A stretch of 63,196 nucleotides of DNA, counting the filler, from Octopus bimaculoides (lineage: Eukaryota), in the NCBI RefSeq assembly GCF_001194135.2. It is 6 parts of 5 records of this genome, joined end to end, with 100 filler letters (N's around TTAATTAATTAA, not from the genome) between each part and the next. Parts side by side here need not be neighbours in the genome. Positions count along the whole stretch, not along the records: positions 21,551 to 38,592 come from NC_068997.1; positions 38,693 to 51,258 come from NC_068994.1; 4 more parts are not named here. One strand, written 5' to 3'. Each line of letters opens with the position of its first letter. Positions within the stretch are counted from its first letter, which is position 1. A program made the position numbers and the translations under genes. The notes beneath the pieces were generated by a model. It was not told where the DNA came from, ran no database searches, and was given only the letters and a program-made list of their open reading frames with translations. Below, one piece after another: positions 37,237 through 49,760 of the stretch.

Positions 37237-38190
37237 GTTCAGTAGTTTTATTTTTATAACGTGCTTTCACTTCACTACCGAGCGCAGCTCTGNNNNNNNN
37301 NNNNNNNNNNNNNNNNNNNNNNNNNNNNNNNNNNNNNNNNNNNNNNNNNNNNNNNNNNNNNNNNNNNNNNNNNNNNNNNNNNNNNNNNNNNNNNNNNNNN
37401 NNNNNNNNNNNNNNNNNNNNNNNNNNNNNNNNNNNNNNNNNNNNNNNNNNNNNNNNNNNNNNNNNNNNNNNNNNNNNNNNNNNNNNNNNNNNNNNNNNNN
37501 NNNNNNNNNNNNNNNNNNNNNNNNNNNNNNNNNNNNNNNNNNNNNNNNNNNNNNNNNNNNNNNNNNNNNNNNNNNNNNNNNNNNNNNNNNNNNNNNNNNN
37601 NNNNNNNNNNNNNNNNNNNNNNNNNNNNNNNNNNNNNNNNNNNNNNNNNNNNNNNNNNNNNNNNNNNNNNNNNNNNNNNNNNNNNNNNNNNNNNNNNNNN
37701 NNNNNNNNNNNNNNNNNNNNNNNNNNNNNNNNNNNNNNNNNNNNNNNNNNNNNNNNNNNNNNNNNNNNNNNNNNNNNNNNNNNNNNNNNNNNNNNNNNNN
37801 NNNNNNNNNNNNNNNNNNNNNNNNNNNNNNNNNNNNNNNNNNNNNNNNNNNNNNNNNNNNNNNNNNNNNNNNNNNNNNNNNNNNNNNNNNNNNNNNNNNN
37901 NNNNNNNNNNNNNNNNNNNNNNNNNNNNNNNNNNNNNNNNNNNNNNNNNNNNNNNNNNNNNNNNNNNNNNNNNNNNGTATATAGGTCCCAGCTCTGTCGT
38001 GTCTGTGAATATATTCCTTCTTAGCCAGGACTGGGCAGCCAGAGATAATATGATTTATTGTTTCTTGTCGATCTCCACATATTCTACAGTTACTTGTTAT
38101 ATTTCTTTTCATTATGTGTTTTTGGTAATTTCTGGTGGGGAGGCTCTGGTCTTGTGCAGCAATTAAAAATCCTTCAGTCTCTGCTTATCA
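37195..38190 (-). mobile_element. R4/Dong-type 3' fragment spanning an N gap, (TAA)n tail
   Basis: MKRNITSNCRICGDRQETINHIISGCPVLAKKEYIHRHD (CCHC knuckle); 3' terminus 37237-37292 is the reverse complement of 42533-42588; TTA repeats on both sides. Confidence 0.8.
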
Positions 38191-38592
38191 TTATTATTAT
38201 TATCATTAGTAGTAGTAGTAGTGGTAGTAGTGGCAGTAGTAGAAGTAGTAGTAGTAGTAGTAGGAGGAGGAGGAGGAGTAGGAGGAGGAATAGGAGGAGG
38301 AGGAATAGGAGGAGTAGAAGTAGGAGAAGTAGGAGCACACAATAAGAAGAGAGATAAACTGTTCTAAAGCCTTAATATGTGTGTGCAGGTGAGGTGTATG
38401 TGTTCATGCAATTGTGTAATTGTTCATATTTAAAACGTAGTCGATTTCATTAATTTCCTAATGCAAATAGTGTGTTTATTAATCCTTTCAATATATACTT
38501 AATCTCTTTGTGCTTCTTCAAGCCTCGTTCTGTGGAATGTTAAGGACTACTAAATGAATGCACCATATATATATATATATATATATGTATAT

Positions 38593-38692
38593 NNNNNNNN
38601 NNNNNNNNNNNNNNNNNNNNNNNNNNNNNNNNNNNNTTAATTAATTAANNNNNNNNNNNNNNNNNNNNNNNNNNNNNNNNNNNNNNNNNNNN
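38593..38692. other. Artificial scaffold-join spacer
   Basis: 44 N + TTAATTAATTAA (38637-38648) + 44 N. Confidence 0.95.
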
Positions 38693-38895
38693 AAATATAT
38701 GTAAATATATAGATATATATATGCAAGTATATGCATACTTATATATACATGCATATATATAAACATATATATACATATACATGCACACATACATGCACTA
38801 TATATATGTATATGTATAGATAAACGTGTGTGTGTGTGTGTACATATATCTATATGTATATATGTATGTATATATCAATACATATATATATATAT

Positions 38896-38928
<33 letters not shown>

Positions 38929-39269
38929 TGTGTGTGTTTGTATATATATACATATGTACACACCCATATATATATATATATACATACATACATATATATA
39001 TATACACACACATATATGTACATGCATACATACATGCATACATAAATGCATACATGCCTGCATAGATACATACATACATACATTCATACATGCATACATA
39101 TATTCACATGTGAGCATGGTTGTGTATTTTTGTGTACATATGTAAAACAGTCTGCATATGTGTATATAAACATATATGTTGAACATATACATAGTTCGAA
39201 TAAAATAGAAATGGATTGGCAATAATAGACAGAAAGACAGATCAGGCAGAGAGTGAGAGACAGAGAGAC

Positions 39270-39305
<36 letters not shown>

Positions 39306-39352
39306 TGTGACCAGCATATTATACAAGTATGCATGCATCTATATACATATAC

Positions 39353-39398
<46 letters not shown>

Positions 39399-39399
39399 G

Positions 39400-39464
<65 letters not shown>

Positions 39465-40321
39465 NNNNNNNNNNNNNNNNNNNNNNNNNNNNNNNNNNNN
39501 NNNNNNNNNNNNNNNNNNNNNNNNNNNNNNNNNNNNNNNNNNNNNNNNNNNNNNNNNNNNNNNNNNNNNNNNNNNNNNNNNNNNNNNNNNNNNNNNNNNN
39601 NNNNNNNNNNNNNNNNNNNNNNNNNNNNNNNNNNNNNNNNNNNNNNNNNNNNNNNNNNNNNNNNNNNNNNNNNNNNNNNNNNNNNNNNNNNNNNNNNNNN
39701 NNNNNNNNNNNNNNNNNNNNNNNNNNNNNNNNNNNNNNNNNNNNNNNNNNNNNNNNNNNNNNNNNNNNNNNNNNNNNNNNNNNNNNNNNNNNNNNNNNNN
39801 NNNNNNNNNNNNNNNNNNNNNNNNNNNNNNNNNNNNNNNNNNNNNNNNNNNNNNNNNNNNNNNNNNNNNNNNNNNNNNNNNNNNNNNNNNNNNNNNNNNN
39901 NNNNNNNNNNNNNNNNNNNNNNNNNNNNNNNNNNNNNNNNNNNNNNNNNNNNNNNNNNNNNNNNNNNNNNNNNNNNNNNNNNNNNNNNNNNNNNNNNNNN
40001 NNNNNNNNNNNNNNNNNNNNNNNNNNNNNNNNNNNNNNNNNNNNNNNNNNNNNNNNNNNNNNNNNNNNNNNNNNNNNNNNNNNNNNNNNNNNNNNNNNNN
40101 NNNNNNNNNNNNNNNNNNNNNNNNNNNNNNNNNNNNNNNNNNNNNNNNNNNNNNNNNNNNNNNNNNNNNNNNNNNNNNNNNNNNNNNNNNNNNNNNNNNN
40201 NNNNNNNNNNNNNNNNNNNNNNNNNNNNNNNNNNNNNNNNNNNNNNNNNNNNNNNNNNNNNNNNNNNNAATGTACTCCAAATATTGTTCTCCAGGACGTT
40301 TGGAGAACATATACATATATA

Positions 40322-40364
<43 letters not shown>

Positions 40365-41293
40365 TTATATATGTATAATGTATGTATATGTATAAGTGTG
40401 CATGTAGAGCATGCATATCATGTATACATATATATATGTATATATGTGTACATATATCTATTAGATATCATTGTGTGTATGTGTGTGTGTGTGTAATACG
40501 GCTGGGTGCACCCGTGTCTATCAAGAATCTATGCAGAATGACAGATGTATTTTAGATACATGTTTTGGCATCTGGAAATGCCCCAGCTATTTAGCCTGGA
40601 TACAAGGTGATAGGTTGATTGCATACCGTAGTCTGTCAAAATCCACAGTGTGTGAGCGCAAAAGCAGTCTGCCCATTGCAATCAGATCAGTCTGGTTCAC
40701 TTGTTGGAGAAGGAATGGAAAAATCCAACCACACAATTTTATACTGGCCCGACACAAATCAGTTCAACAATCTATCAAGCCACTCCCCGCGTTATTCTGT
40801 CACACATCCGACCAGCTATAGCCTCATCCATGCACACCCATATACAATGAGATACTTGAATACGTGCACATATACGTACTGATATACAGATACATGAACA
40901 TGTGCTTTGCTGGATGGAAAATAAAAGCCAGTATATGTGTGTACATGTGTGACTGTATGTATCTGTGTTTGCATGTATATATGTATGTATGTGTATTTAC
41001 GTGCATGTATGTATGTATGTTTGCATGTATGCATGTATGTATGTATATTTGCATGTGTGCATATATGTATGTATGTATGTATTATTTATGTTTGTATGTA
41101 TGTATGTTTATTATTCCACACATTTTATAAAGTTGTCTAAACTCTGCTATTCGTAGCTATATATTCTTAAGTACATATATGTATGTGTAGGAGCTTGGGT
41201 ATTGCCATGTATGGGAATATATATGTGTATATGTGTGTGTATACATATATACACATCATGTACTTCTCATATGGATCTCTCATTTTTCCTCAT

Positions 41294-41332
<39 letters not shown>

Positions 41333-41338
41333 GTATGC

Positions 41339-41399
<61 letters not shown>

Positions 41400-41811
41400 T
41401 ACAAGTGTATGCATGTATATGCTTGCGTATATGTATGTGGGTTTATGTGTATGTATGTGAGTTTGTGTGTGTCTGTGTGTTTGTCTCTGTGTGACTCTCT
41501 GTGTGTGTCTGTGTGTGTCTGTGTGTATGTTTGTGTATGTGTGTGTAAATATATCATTGTATATGCTTGCAGATACAGCTGTTAGGATGTGTGACAGAAT
41601 AATACACAAACAGATAAATAAATAGATATACACACAACTATTCATATACAATTATACATACATGCATATGTGTGTGCGTGTGTGTATGNNNNNNNNNNNN
41701 NNNNNNNNNNNNNNNNNNNNNNNNNNNNNNNNNNNNNNNNNNNNNNNNNNNNNNNNNNNNNNNNNNNNNNNNNNNNNNNNNNNNNNNNNNNNNNNNNNNN
41801 NNNNNNNNNNN

Positions 41812-41847
<36 letters not shown>

Positions 41848-41960
41848 GCACATATATATATATGCATGCTTGTACATACTTAAACATTTTCGCTATGCAA
41901 ACATTAATTTGGACATGTGTGTGTGTGTGTGTGCGTGTGTGTGTGTGTGTGTGTGAGTGC
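38693..41960. repeat. Compound microsatellite field (TA, ATAC, CA, GA)n with gaps
   Basis: Direct reading; representative of similar fields at 2140-2850, 12400-14050, 18320-19200, 20520-21200 and 52480-52840. Confidence 0.95.
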
Positions 41961-42463
41961 GTGCACATGTACACATGCATGTGTGTGCATGTGGGAATGT
42001 GTGCATATATCACCCCTTCACAGAGCCACATCCTGGTATATTAATATTCAACAGGAATATTCACTGGTAAAGTCTATTATTTTAATAGGAGGCAGACATC
42101 AATCTAAAAATAGTCTAGCTATAGATTTACACAGACCAATTCAATTCAAAAATAGAGAAAACAAACAAAACATATCAATACTCACTTCATCTTTGACTAA
42201 TTTTCCTCTTATAGATGCTACTGTTACTGATTCTGCTAGTGATGCTATTTACCCCAAGGCAAACCTGATCCAGTCGATCTATGAACAAATGCGTACAAGC
42301 CATGACAAATCATTTTCTCATTTTCTTCAAAAAAAAAAAATAATAATATACACAAGACTACATCATTGTGTATGTACACTTGAAAGACAGCAGAGTAAGG
42401 CTTGAGGGAGATTTTTTTGCTATTTCTAGCACCTTAAGTGACCTCATAGGGGCACGTTTATTC

Positions 42464-42495
<32 letters not shown>

Positions 42496-42510
42496 TAATA
42501 ATAATAATAA

Positions 42511-42583
42511 CCACAGCACATACCCAAGGCACACAGATCTGCGCTCGGTAGTGAAGTGAAAGCACGTTATAAAAATAAAACTA

Positions 42584-42615
<32 letters not shown>
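42511..42615 (+). mobile_element. R4/Dong-type 3' terminus (about 77 bp) inserted in (AAT)n
   Basis: Unique 77 bp homologous to the 37237 terminus, with AAT repeats directly on both sides (42465-42510 and 42588-42615). Confidence 0.8.
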
Positions 42616-42629
42616 GCATTTTTGAAATT

Positions 42630-43487
42630 TCTGCCAAAGACATAAGGCCTGAAATTTTCATGGAGGGTGCTATTTAATTACATCCACCCCAGTACATGAC
42701 TGGTACCCATTTTATCAACCCAAAAGGATGAAAGGCAAAGTTTATCTCAATGGAATTTGAACTCAGAATGTAAAACCAGAAAAAAACGCCGCTAAACATT
42801 TTTTTTTTTTTTTTGGTCTGAGATGCTAATGATTCTGCCAACTTGCCAGCATATTTAGTAATCTTTTCTACTATAGGCACAAGGCCTGAAATTTGCAGGA
42901 GGGGGTTAGTCGATTACATCAACCCCAGTGCTCAACTGGTACTTATTTTATCGAGCATAAAGACAGACAAAATGCCATTAAGCACTTGTCCACCATGCCA
43001 TCATTCTGTTATCTCTCCACCTTATTTAATGATCATAATAATAATCCTTTCTACTAAAGGCACAAGGCTTGAAGTTTGGGAGAGTGGAGGAATCAATTAC
43101 ATCAACCCCGAGTCTTCAACTGGTATTTATTTTATCAACCCCAAAAGGATGAAAGGCAAAGTTGACCTCGGTGGAATTTGAACCCAGAGCATAAAATCAG
43201 ATGAAATACTATGAAATAGCATTTTGCTCAACATGCTAACAATTCTGCCAGCGTTCCACTTTAATAATCAAAATAATAATAATGGTTTCAAATTTTGGCA
43301 CAAGGCCAGCCAGATCAGGGGAGGGTTTTAGTCAATTACATCCTAGTACTCAACATGTACTTATTTTATCGACCTAGAAAGGATAAAAGGTTAAGTCTAC
43401 CTCGGTGGAATTTAAACTCATAATGTTAAGACAGACGAATGTTGCTAGGCATTTAGCTTGGCGTGCTAACGATTCTGCTAGCTCAAA
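42630..43487 (-). mobile_element. Four tandem SINEs of family C, CpG-decayed
   Basis: Copies at about 42630-42852, 42862-42990 (deleted), 43048-43262 and 43290-43487; same orientation, separated by AAT-rich tails. Confidence 0.85.
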
Positions 43488-43644
43488 TTACAATGATTTT
43501 GTTTATTTCCCACCAGGGTGAAGGATGAGGGGGACAATACAAAGACCAACACAAAGTGTGGGTGTTTACATATAATGAAATGATGTCAAAGAAAGAACGG
43601 AGCAAGTATACACAGTATACAATGAAACGGAAGGGAAATATACA

Positions 43645-44190
43645 TAGGCACAAGCGTGGCTGTGTGGAAAGAAGCTTTGCTTCCCAAGCACATGATTCTG
43701 GGTTCAGTCCCACTGCATGGCACCTTGGGCAAGTATCTTCTACTATAGCCTCAAGCTGACCAAAGCCTTGTGAGTGGATTTAGTAGATGGAAACTGAAAG
43801 AAGCCTGTCGTGTATATATGTATATGTATATAGATATATGTGTTTGTGTGTCTGTGTTTGTCCCCACAACATCACTTGACAACCGATGCTGGTGTGTTTA
43901 CGTCCCCGTAACTTAGAGGTTCGGCAAAAGAGACCGATAGAATAAGTACTAGGCTTACAAAGAATAAGTCCTGGGGTCGATTTGCTCGACTAAAGGTGGT
44001 GCCCCAGCATGGCCGCAGTCAAATGACTGAAACAAGTAAAAGTAAAAGCAAAGTAAAGTATAGGCACAGATGTGGTTGTGTGGTAAGAAGCTTGCTTCTC
44101 AAGCACATGGTTCTGGGTTCAGTCACACTGCATGGAACCTTGAACAGGTGTCTTCTACCTTGTGAGTGGATTTGGCAGACAGAAACTGAG
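43645..44190 (+). mobile_element. SINE family B, full copy followed directly by a second head
   Basis: Full copy 43645-44045; second 5' fragment 44060-44190 starts in the A-rich tail of the first. Confidence 0.85.
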
Positions 44191-44264
44191 TCATGTGCCT
44201 TCACTAAGGCAAGCGTTATAGCATAATTAATTAGGGATAGATCTAGAATAAGTGACATGCAGTT

Positions 44265-44945
44265 CATCATTGTGCCAGAAAGAGGTACTACTTATGCTGT
44301 CTTTCTTGTGAGACATCTCTAGAAATACTTAGCTAGAAGTAAACCCCTACAGCTAGCATTCATCAACCTGGAGAAGGCCTTTGATGGGTTTTCATGCTCT
44401 ATAGTTTAGGTGTCTTTAAGGAAATTAAAAGGTTCAAAAGGCTCTTCAGACGCAATTTTTAGCATCCTTTGCCCAGGTAACCTAATTAACAGAAAGGTAT
44501 GTCTTTTGAAAGAATGGTTGTGAGAATAAGAACAGAATGTAGAATGTTCTGGGAGATTTTTACTTCTACTAATAACAAAGTTTCATTCTCTGAGTAAAAA
44601 GTAAATTGTATGATTTTTTGTGTGAGAAAAGTAATACTGCAAGGTACCAAGACATGCACCTTGATTATGAAAGATTTATGATGGCTAGAAAGAAAGATGT
44701 GGGCTGCTACTATGGATGTATAATTTTATTGAGCTAGTGGCAGAACATTTATAAGCTGAGATTAAAAGTTGGATGTATTTGGATATATATATAGAGACAA
44801 AGAATATTGTGTAAGAAAGACAACTGTGCTGGTTTGGGAATATGATGCATATGAAGGATGTTAGTTGTGTGAAGTGCTAAAAGCACTCAAAGTGAATGGA
44901 ACACGTAGAGGTGAGAGGCCTAAGAAGACGTGTTCAAAGGTCATC
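44265..44945 (+). mobile_element. RTE-clade LINE remnant, heavily deleted
   Basis: RGTTYAVFLVRHL...KPLQLAFINLEKAFD (44280-44390) and a decayed LxWFGxMMHM...RGxRPKKT C-terminus (44830-44930). Confidence 0.65.
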
Positions 44946-45084
44946 AGGTCAAAACTGTGAAATTACAGTCAACCTTTTCCTTGTTAAAGTTTAATAAACA
45001 AGTACTCTTCAAAAAAACATTGAATAATCCTTTGGTAAATGTTAAATTGTTTTTATATGTAACTTGGCATATAAACAAACAAAC

Positions 45085-45115
<31 letters not shown>

Positions 45116-45239
45116 AGTATGTATGTATACACACACACATATATATATATATTTATATACACACACATATATATATACACATACACGTACATATATGTAT
45201 GGATATATGCATATATTTATATATTATTATATTATTATT

Positions 45240-45270
<31 letters not shown>

Positions 45271-45282
45271 CATATATATAAA

Positions 45283-46133
45283 CGAGGTCTAATCAATAAG
45301 TATCCAGACTGTTACCACAGAAACAAGGCTAAAGCACAAAGAGTGAAGCCACTTGGCAAAGATTGACCTTGAACTCTGTTGTGCATGCACACTAAGTATT
45401 AATGTTCCAGCTCACTTCCGGTGTTTACAGCAGTGCTTTGAAGGAAGGTGTGTAGTGTGTAATCATAACATTGACCATGACAGAGAAAGTTGTCATGGCG
45501 ATACCTGCTCAGAGGCCTATGCAAAGCTGCAGAAAATGTATGAAGAGGAGTGTATGAGGCACACACAAGTGTACGAGTGGTTCAAACGTTTCCAAGGTGG
45601 CTGAAAAAATATCGATATTGACGAACGTTCTGGGAGAGCCGCAACCAGCAGAACTGAGAAAAACATCACATATGTGCAAGCAGCTGTGAGGGGAAATTGT
45701 CGAATCAATAACCATGAGTTTTCAGAGGATGTGCAGATTAGTTACTGTTCAGTTCAGTCTATTATCACTGAAGATTTGGGTATGAGATGCCTGTCTTCTA
45801 AGTTTCTACAAAAACTGCTTTCAGTTGACCCAAAAGACACTTGGGTCTCAGTTGCATAAGATGGCCTTGATTGTGTTGAGTATGACAAAAACTTTGCATA
45901 GGCCTCTTATCAAGTATTACCAAGCTTTTGGCAAAATTTGATGAAGATTCTCTGCTCAACTTTCTCTGTCATGGTCAACGTAATGATCACATGCTACACA
46001 CTTTCCTTCCAAGCTCTGCTGTAAACAGCGGAAGTGAGCAGAGTTCAAGATCAATCTGTGCCAAGCAGCTTTACTCTGTATGCTTTAGCTTCATTACTAT
46101 GGCAATAGTCCGGATACTTATTGATCAGACCAC
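45283..46133 (+). mobile_element. Mariner DNA transposon, internally deleted, both TIRs present
   Basis: TIRs GAGGTCTAATCAATAAGTATCCAGACTGTTACCA and revcomp GTGGTCTGATCAATAAGTATCCGGACTATTGCCA; HTH remnant AYAKLQKMYEEECMRHTQVYEWFKRFQGG...DERSGR...IITEDLGMR...KLLS; catalytic domain missing. Confidence 0.85.
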
Positions 46134-46184
46134 ATACACACACACACACACACATATATGCATGTTTATATATATGTATATATA

Positions 46185-46300
46185 CAGTACCGTGCAAAAG
46201 TTTTGTGCCATTTTAAACTATTGTAAATTTCTACTAATTGCCAACTTATAAATGGATGTTTCACTTTGCATTTTTTACAGATGAAGCATTGGCCGTGTTG
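46185..46300 (+). mobile_element. Possible Tc1-like terminal fragment
   Basis: TA followed by CAGTACCGTGCAAAAGTTTTG resembles Tc1 TIR starts; no partner TIR found. Confidence 0.35.
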
Positions 46301-47388
46301 GAGTCATTTCCATACCTAATCATTACATTTTGTAGTAGGGGTTCTGAATGAGAGGGGAAGATGCAAGACGACCATTACAAAGCCATGCAAAAGCTTTCGG
46401 CCACCTCTGCATTTTGCCCAGCGTGCTAACGTTTCTGCCAGCTCGCCGCCTTTAATTCTTTGATCATTTTTCTTTGATTCCTTTGAATTCTTGATCATTT
46501 TCAACTGATTAAAACATCATTTTGTCAATGTTATTTACTGTGGAAATGTATTCAGGAATATATACAGAAAATGGTTAAGTCCTTTTGTTAGGTCAACAAT
46601 TGCCTCAATACATCAGAATGAGCATAACTAGGAAGATCTATCTGATTATGCTCTGGGCCATAAATCCTTGTTTGACTGAGGGGTTAGTAAGAGATCATCT
46701 AAACTTGCCAAAATAATTTTGAATTGTTAACCTGTCATTAATTCACTACACAAACATTTCTTCTTTAAGTTATTTTTTAAACTCATATTGTTGTTGTTAT
46801 CAACATAATTATTATTTATCATACAATTAAAGTCTCTCAGTAATTAACTCTTGTGATTTATTTCTTAATTATTTCTTAATATATGCTAATTTTCACTCTC
46901 CTGTATAATATTGTCCATCTACTTTCATGATTCCCTCATCACTATTTCAACAAATACAGTTTATCGTCTGAAACATGTCCAAGGTTATCAAAATGATACA
47001 GAACACTACATATTCCTGAAATGATATAGAACACTATAAAGCTAATGTTGTCTTTTTGCTGCTACTTAATTATTTTCTGAATAGGTATTTGATGTTTACT
47101 ACATTAGATATATTAACATTAACTTAAAATGAGTTAATTTGATTTTCACTGTCACATCTGTTGCTATAACAACTATCTAGAGCTAATTCTTCAGAATCCT
47201 GAGAAACCACAATGCCACTGATTATCTTCTGTCATTGAATGCCATTCATCAAACATATGAAAGCAGAAATGTACACCTGGTTTTCTTGTTTGCATAAAGT
47301 TGGTTCCAATGCTGGAGTCAAGTTTGCTCAGGAGGCCCAACACTTGAAAGGAACTCAGCCACTTTGCCTCCATGAGGCCCAATGCTCA

Positions 47389-47430
<42 letters not shown>

Positions 47431-49424
47431 GCCTTATCTTCATAAATCTCAGAATTTGAAAGAGACACATCTGTTAATGAGTCATAATTTAAGCAAACAG
47501 CCAAACAAGGTTTAGGCAAGAGATTTGATTAGAGATGGTGTGTTGAGGGTGAGTGAACACGTAAAGCTTCTTTGTTAACTTGTAGAATCCTGGAGTTGTT
47601 TACACCTGCTTCAGCCCTGATTGAGTAGATAAAGACTGTTAAATTAATGTAACACAATCCATACCACAGAAGCATGTAACCTTCTCTTATCTATAGCAGT
47701 GAAGTCCCATATGAACGGTTAAAAGACACAGGTAACCTTCTCTGGGATTTCACAACATAGCAAGTAGGGCACATATAAGCTTGTTTGGGATTTTACAACT
47801 GTCTGTGAGTGATACAGATGAGCAGTACTGGGATTTGATAGCTATTGATAAGAGATACATATATGCGTCTGTGGTATGGATAGTGTTAACTATTATTTGG
47901 TGTCAAAATTTTCATCACATGAACTGTAGCCTGGTCACCAACATGATTCCACTGCTTCTATTTTGTGAGGTAATTGCTTGATATATATAGTTTCCAGAAT
48001 TGTTTGTTTGTTTGGATTTTTCAATACAGGTCAAAAATTTGAGCAAAGTTGACTCCAACATCAAGACCAACTTCATGCATGCATTAAGGCACACTGGCAA
48101 AATGCTGCTCCTCTAAATTGAAACTTTACCTGTTATTGTAGCCTTGTGGCATGGAGCAAGCAGGCCTTGCTGTCCACTGAAGAAAACATGTAGTAAATGA
48201 TCCACAAGCACTTGGGCAAACTGAGATGGGTGTTCACTGTCAGTTAACATGAAAATTTTCTTAGCACCAGAACATCTCTTGGGAAATAGGTTTGGCACAC
48301 AAATAAATGGTAATGGACTTCTAAGTATTCCATAAAAAAAATGGCTGCATCAAAACATTTCTGACACAGATGATTCGAACAGGAAACATAGCATAGGTTT
48401 AAATATTTAAAAACTTTTCATCTTCAAAGATGAAGTTAATAATCCAGCATATAATATTCTCATTGATCTTTGAATTCTAAATTGTTATTAGAGAAAAGAA
48501 AAGCATTAAAGTAGAGTTGTCAGTAATTGTTAATTTTATAGTACTATAGGGTTATTTTTATGATATAACTCCAAGTCAGACTTAATCAAGCAGACTTAGG
48601 ATTAGAGGCACTCCATCAATGACCATCCCAACTCAAGCTACATTATCAAATATGTCTAATTTATAAAGAAGATAGTAGGTTTTGGTTTGAGGGAAATTTG
48701 GCTGCTATTTCTATAAGGGTGAGTGAACATGTAAAGGCTTCTTTGTTAACTTGTAGAATCCTGGTGTTGTTTATCCCTGCTTCAGCCCTGATTGAGTAAA
48801 CTTATGATCAAAGGCATTCCACTCATGACCATCAAAACATATGAATTCAAGATCAAATCATCCAAAATGCCCAGTTCTTAGATGATTTTAGGAGATTAGA
48901 AGGAATGCAACTATTATTTCTATAAATGAGAGAAACTCTGTAGAGTTTTCTTTGTTAGCTTGTAGAATCTTAAAATGATTTAGTACAGGGTCTTGATAAC
49001 AGAGATGAAATGAATCTAGGCAAGAGATGACTATTAAATGAACCCTGATATTTTCCATAGCATTGTTAAATACATGCAGTATAATCTTGTTGGTGACCAG
49101 GCCACAGTTTGCACTATGAAAATTTTGACACCACATAACATATAATAAATGTTTATGTAAAGTTTATGGTCTTTATATGTTTTTGAATGGCTAATGTGCG
49201 TCTTACACATGGCAAGTATTGTTAAATAAAAAAAATACAATTAATTTGTAATCTAAGACTTAGTTTAATGAACTAGGATGTTTGTCATGAATAATAGTTA
49301 TAGTGGAGTGCTGTTTGATATTCCAACCAAGAATGAATGTAGTTTGGTTTTGTATGTAAAATATCAGAAGCTCTTCAGTTTTCAGGTATTTCTTTAATGG
49401 AGTTCATAGAATTTCTGCTTTTCA

Positions 49425-49760
49425 TCATCATTCTTATCATCGTTTAACATGCGCTCTCCATGCTGGCATTGGTTGGGCAGTTTGACATGGAACTAGCCAG
49501 CTGGGAGCTATCCAAACTCCAATTGTCTGTTGTGATATAGTTTCTACAGCTAGATGACCTTCCTAATGCCAACCACTTAACAGAATGTGCTGGGTGCTTT
49601 CTGCATGTCACCAGCATGGGTGCATTTATGCAGTACCAGCACAGGCACAGTTACACAGCACCAGCACAGGTGCTTTTCATGTGGCACCGGCACCTGAAAG
49701 GATAAACCTGTATGTGTGGAAGACAACAATATTACTTAGTTTGAGGTGTCTTATGAAGTA
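49425..49760 (-). mobile_element. SINE or RTE-type 3' tail repeat with (ATG)n tail
   Basis: CATCATC...GTTTAACATGCGCTCTCCATGCTGGCATTGGTTGG...GATGACCTTCCTAATGCCAACC resembles RTE-related 3' ends; CpG-decayed. Confidence 0.6.

Noticed and set aside
38200-38345. Arg/Ser-rich protein tail
   Set aside because: (AGT)n/(AGG)n simple repeats.
45353-45859. Active or domesticated mariner transposase
   Set aside because: Stops and frameshifts in the HTH region and no DD34D domain.
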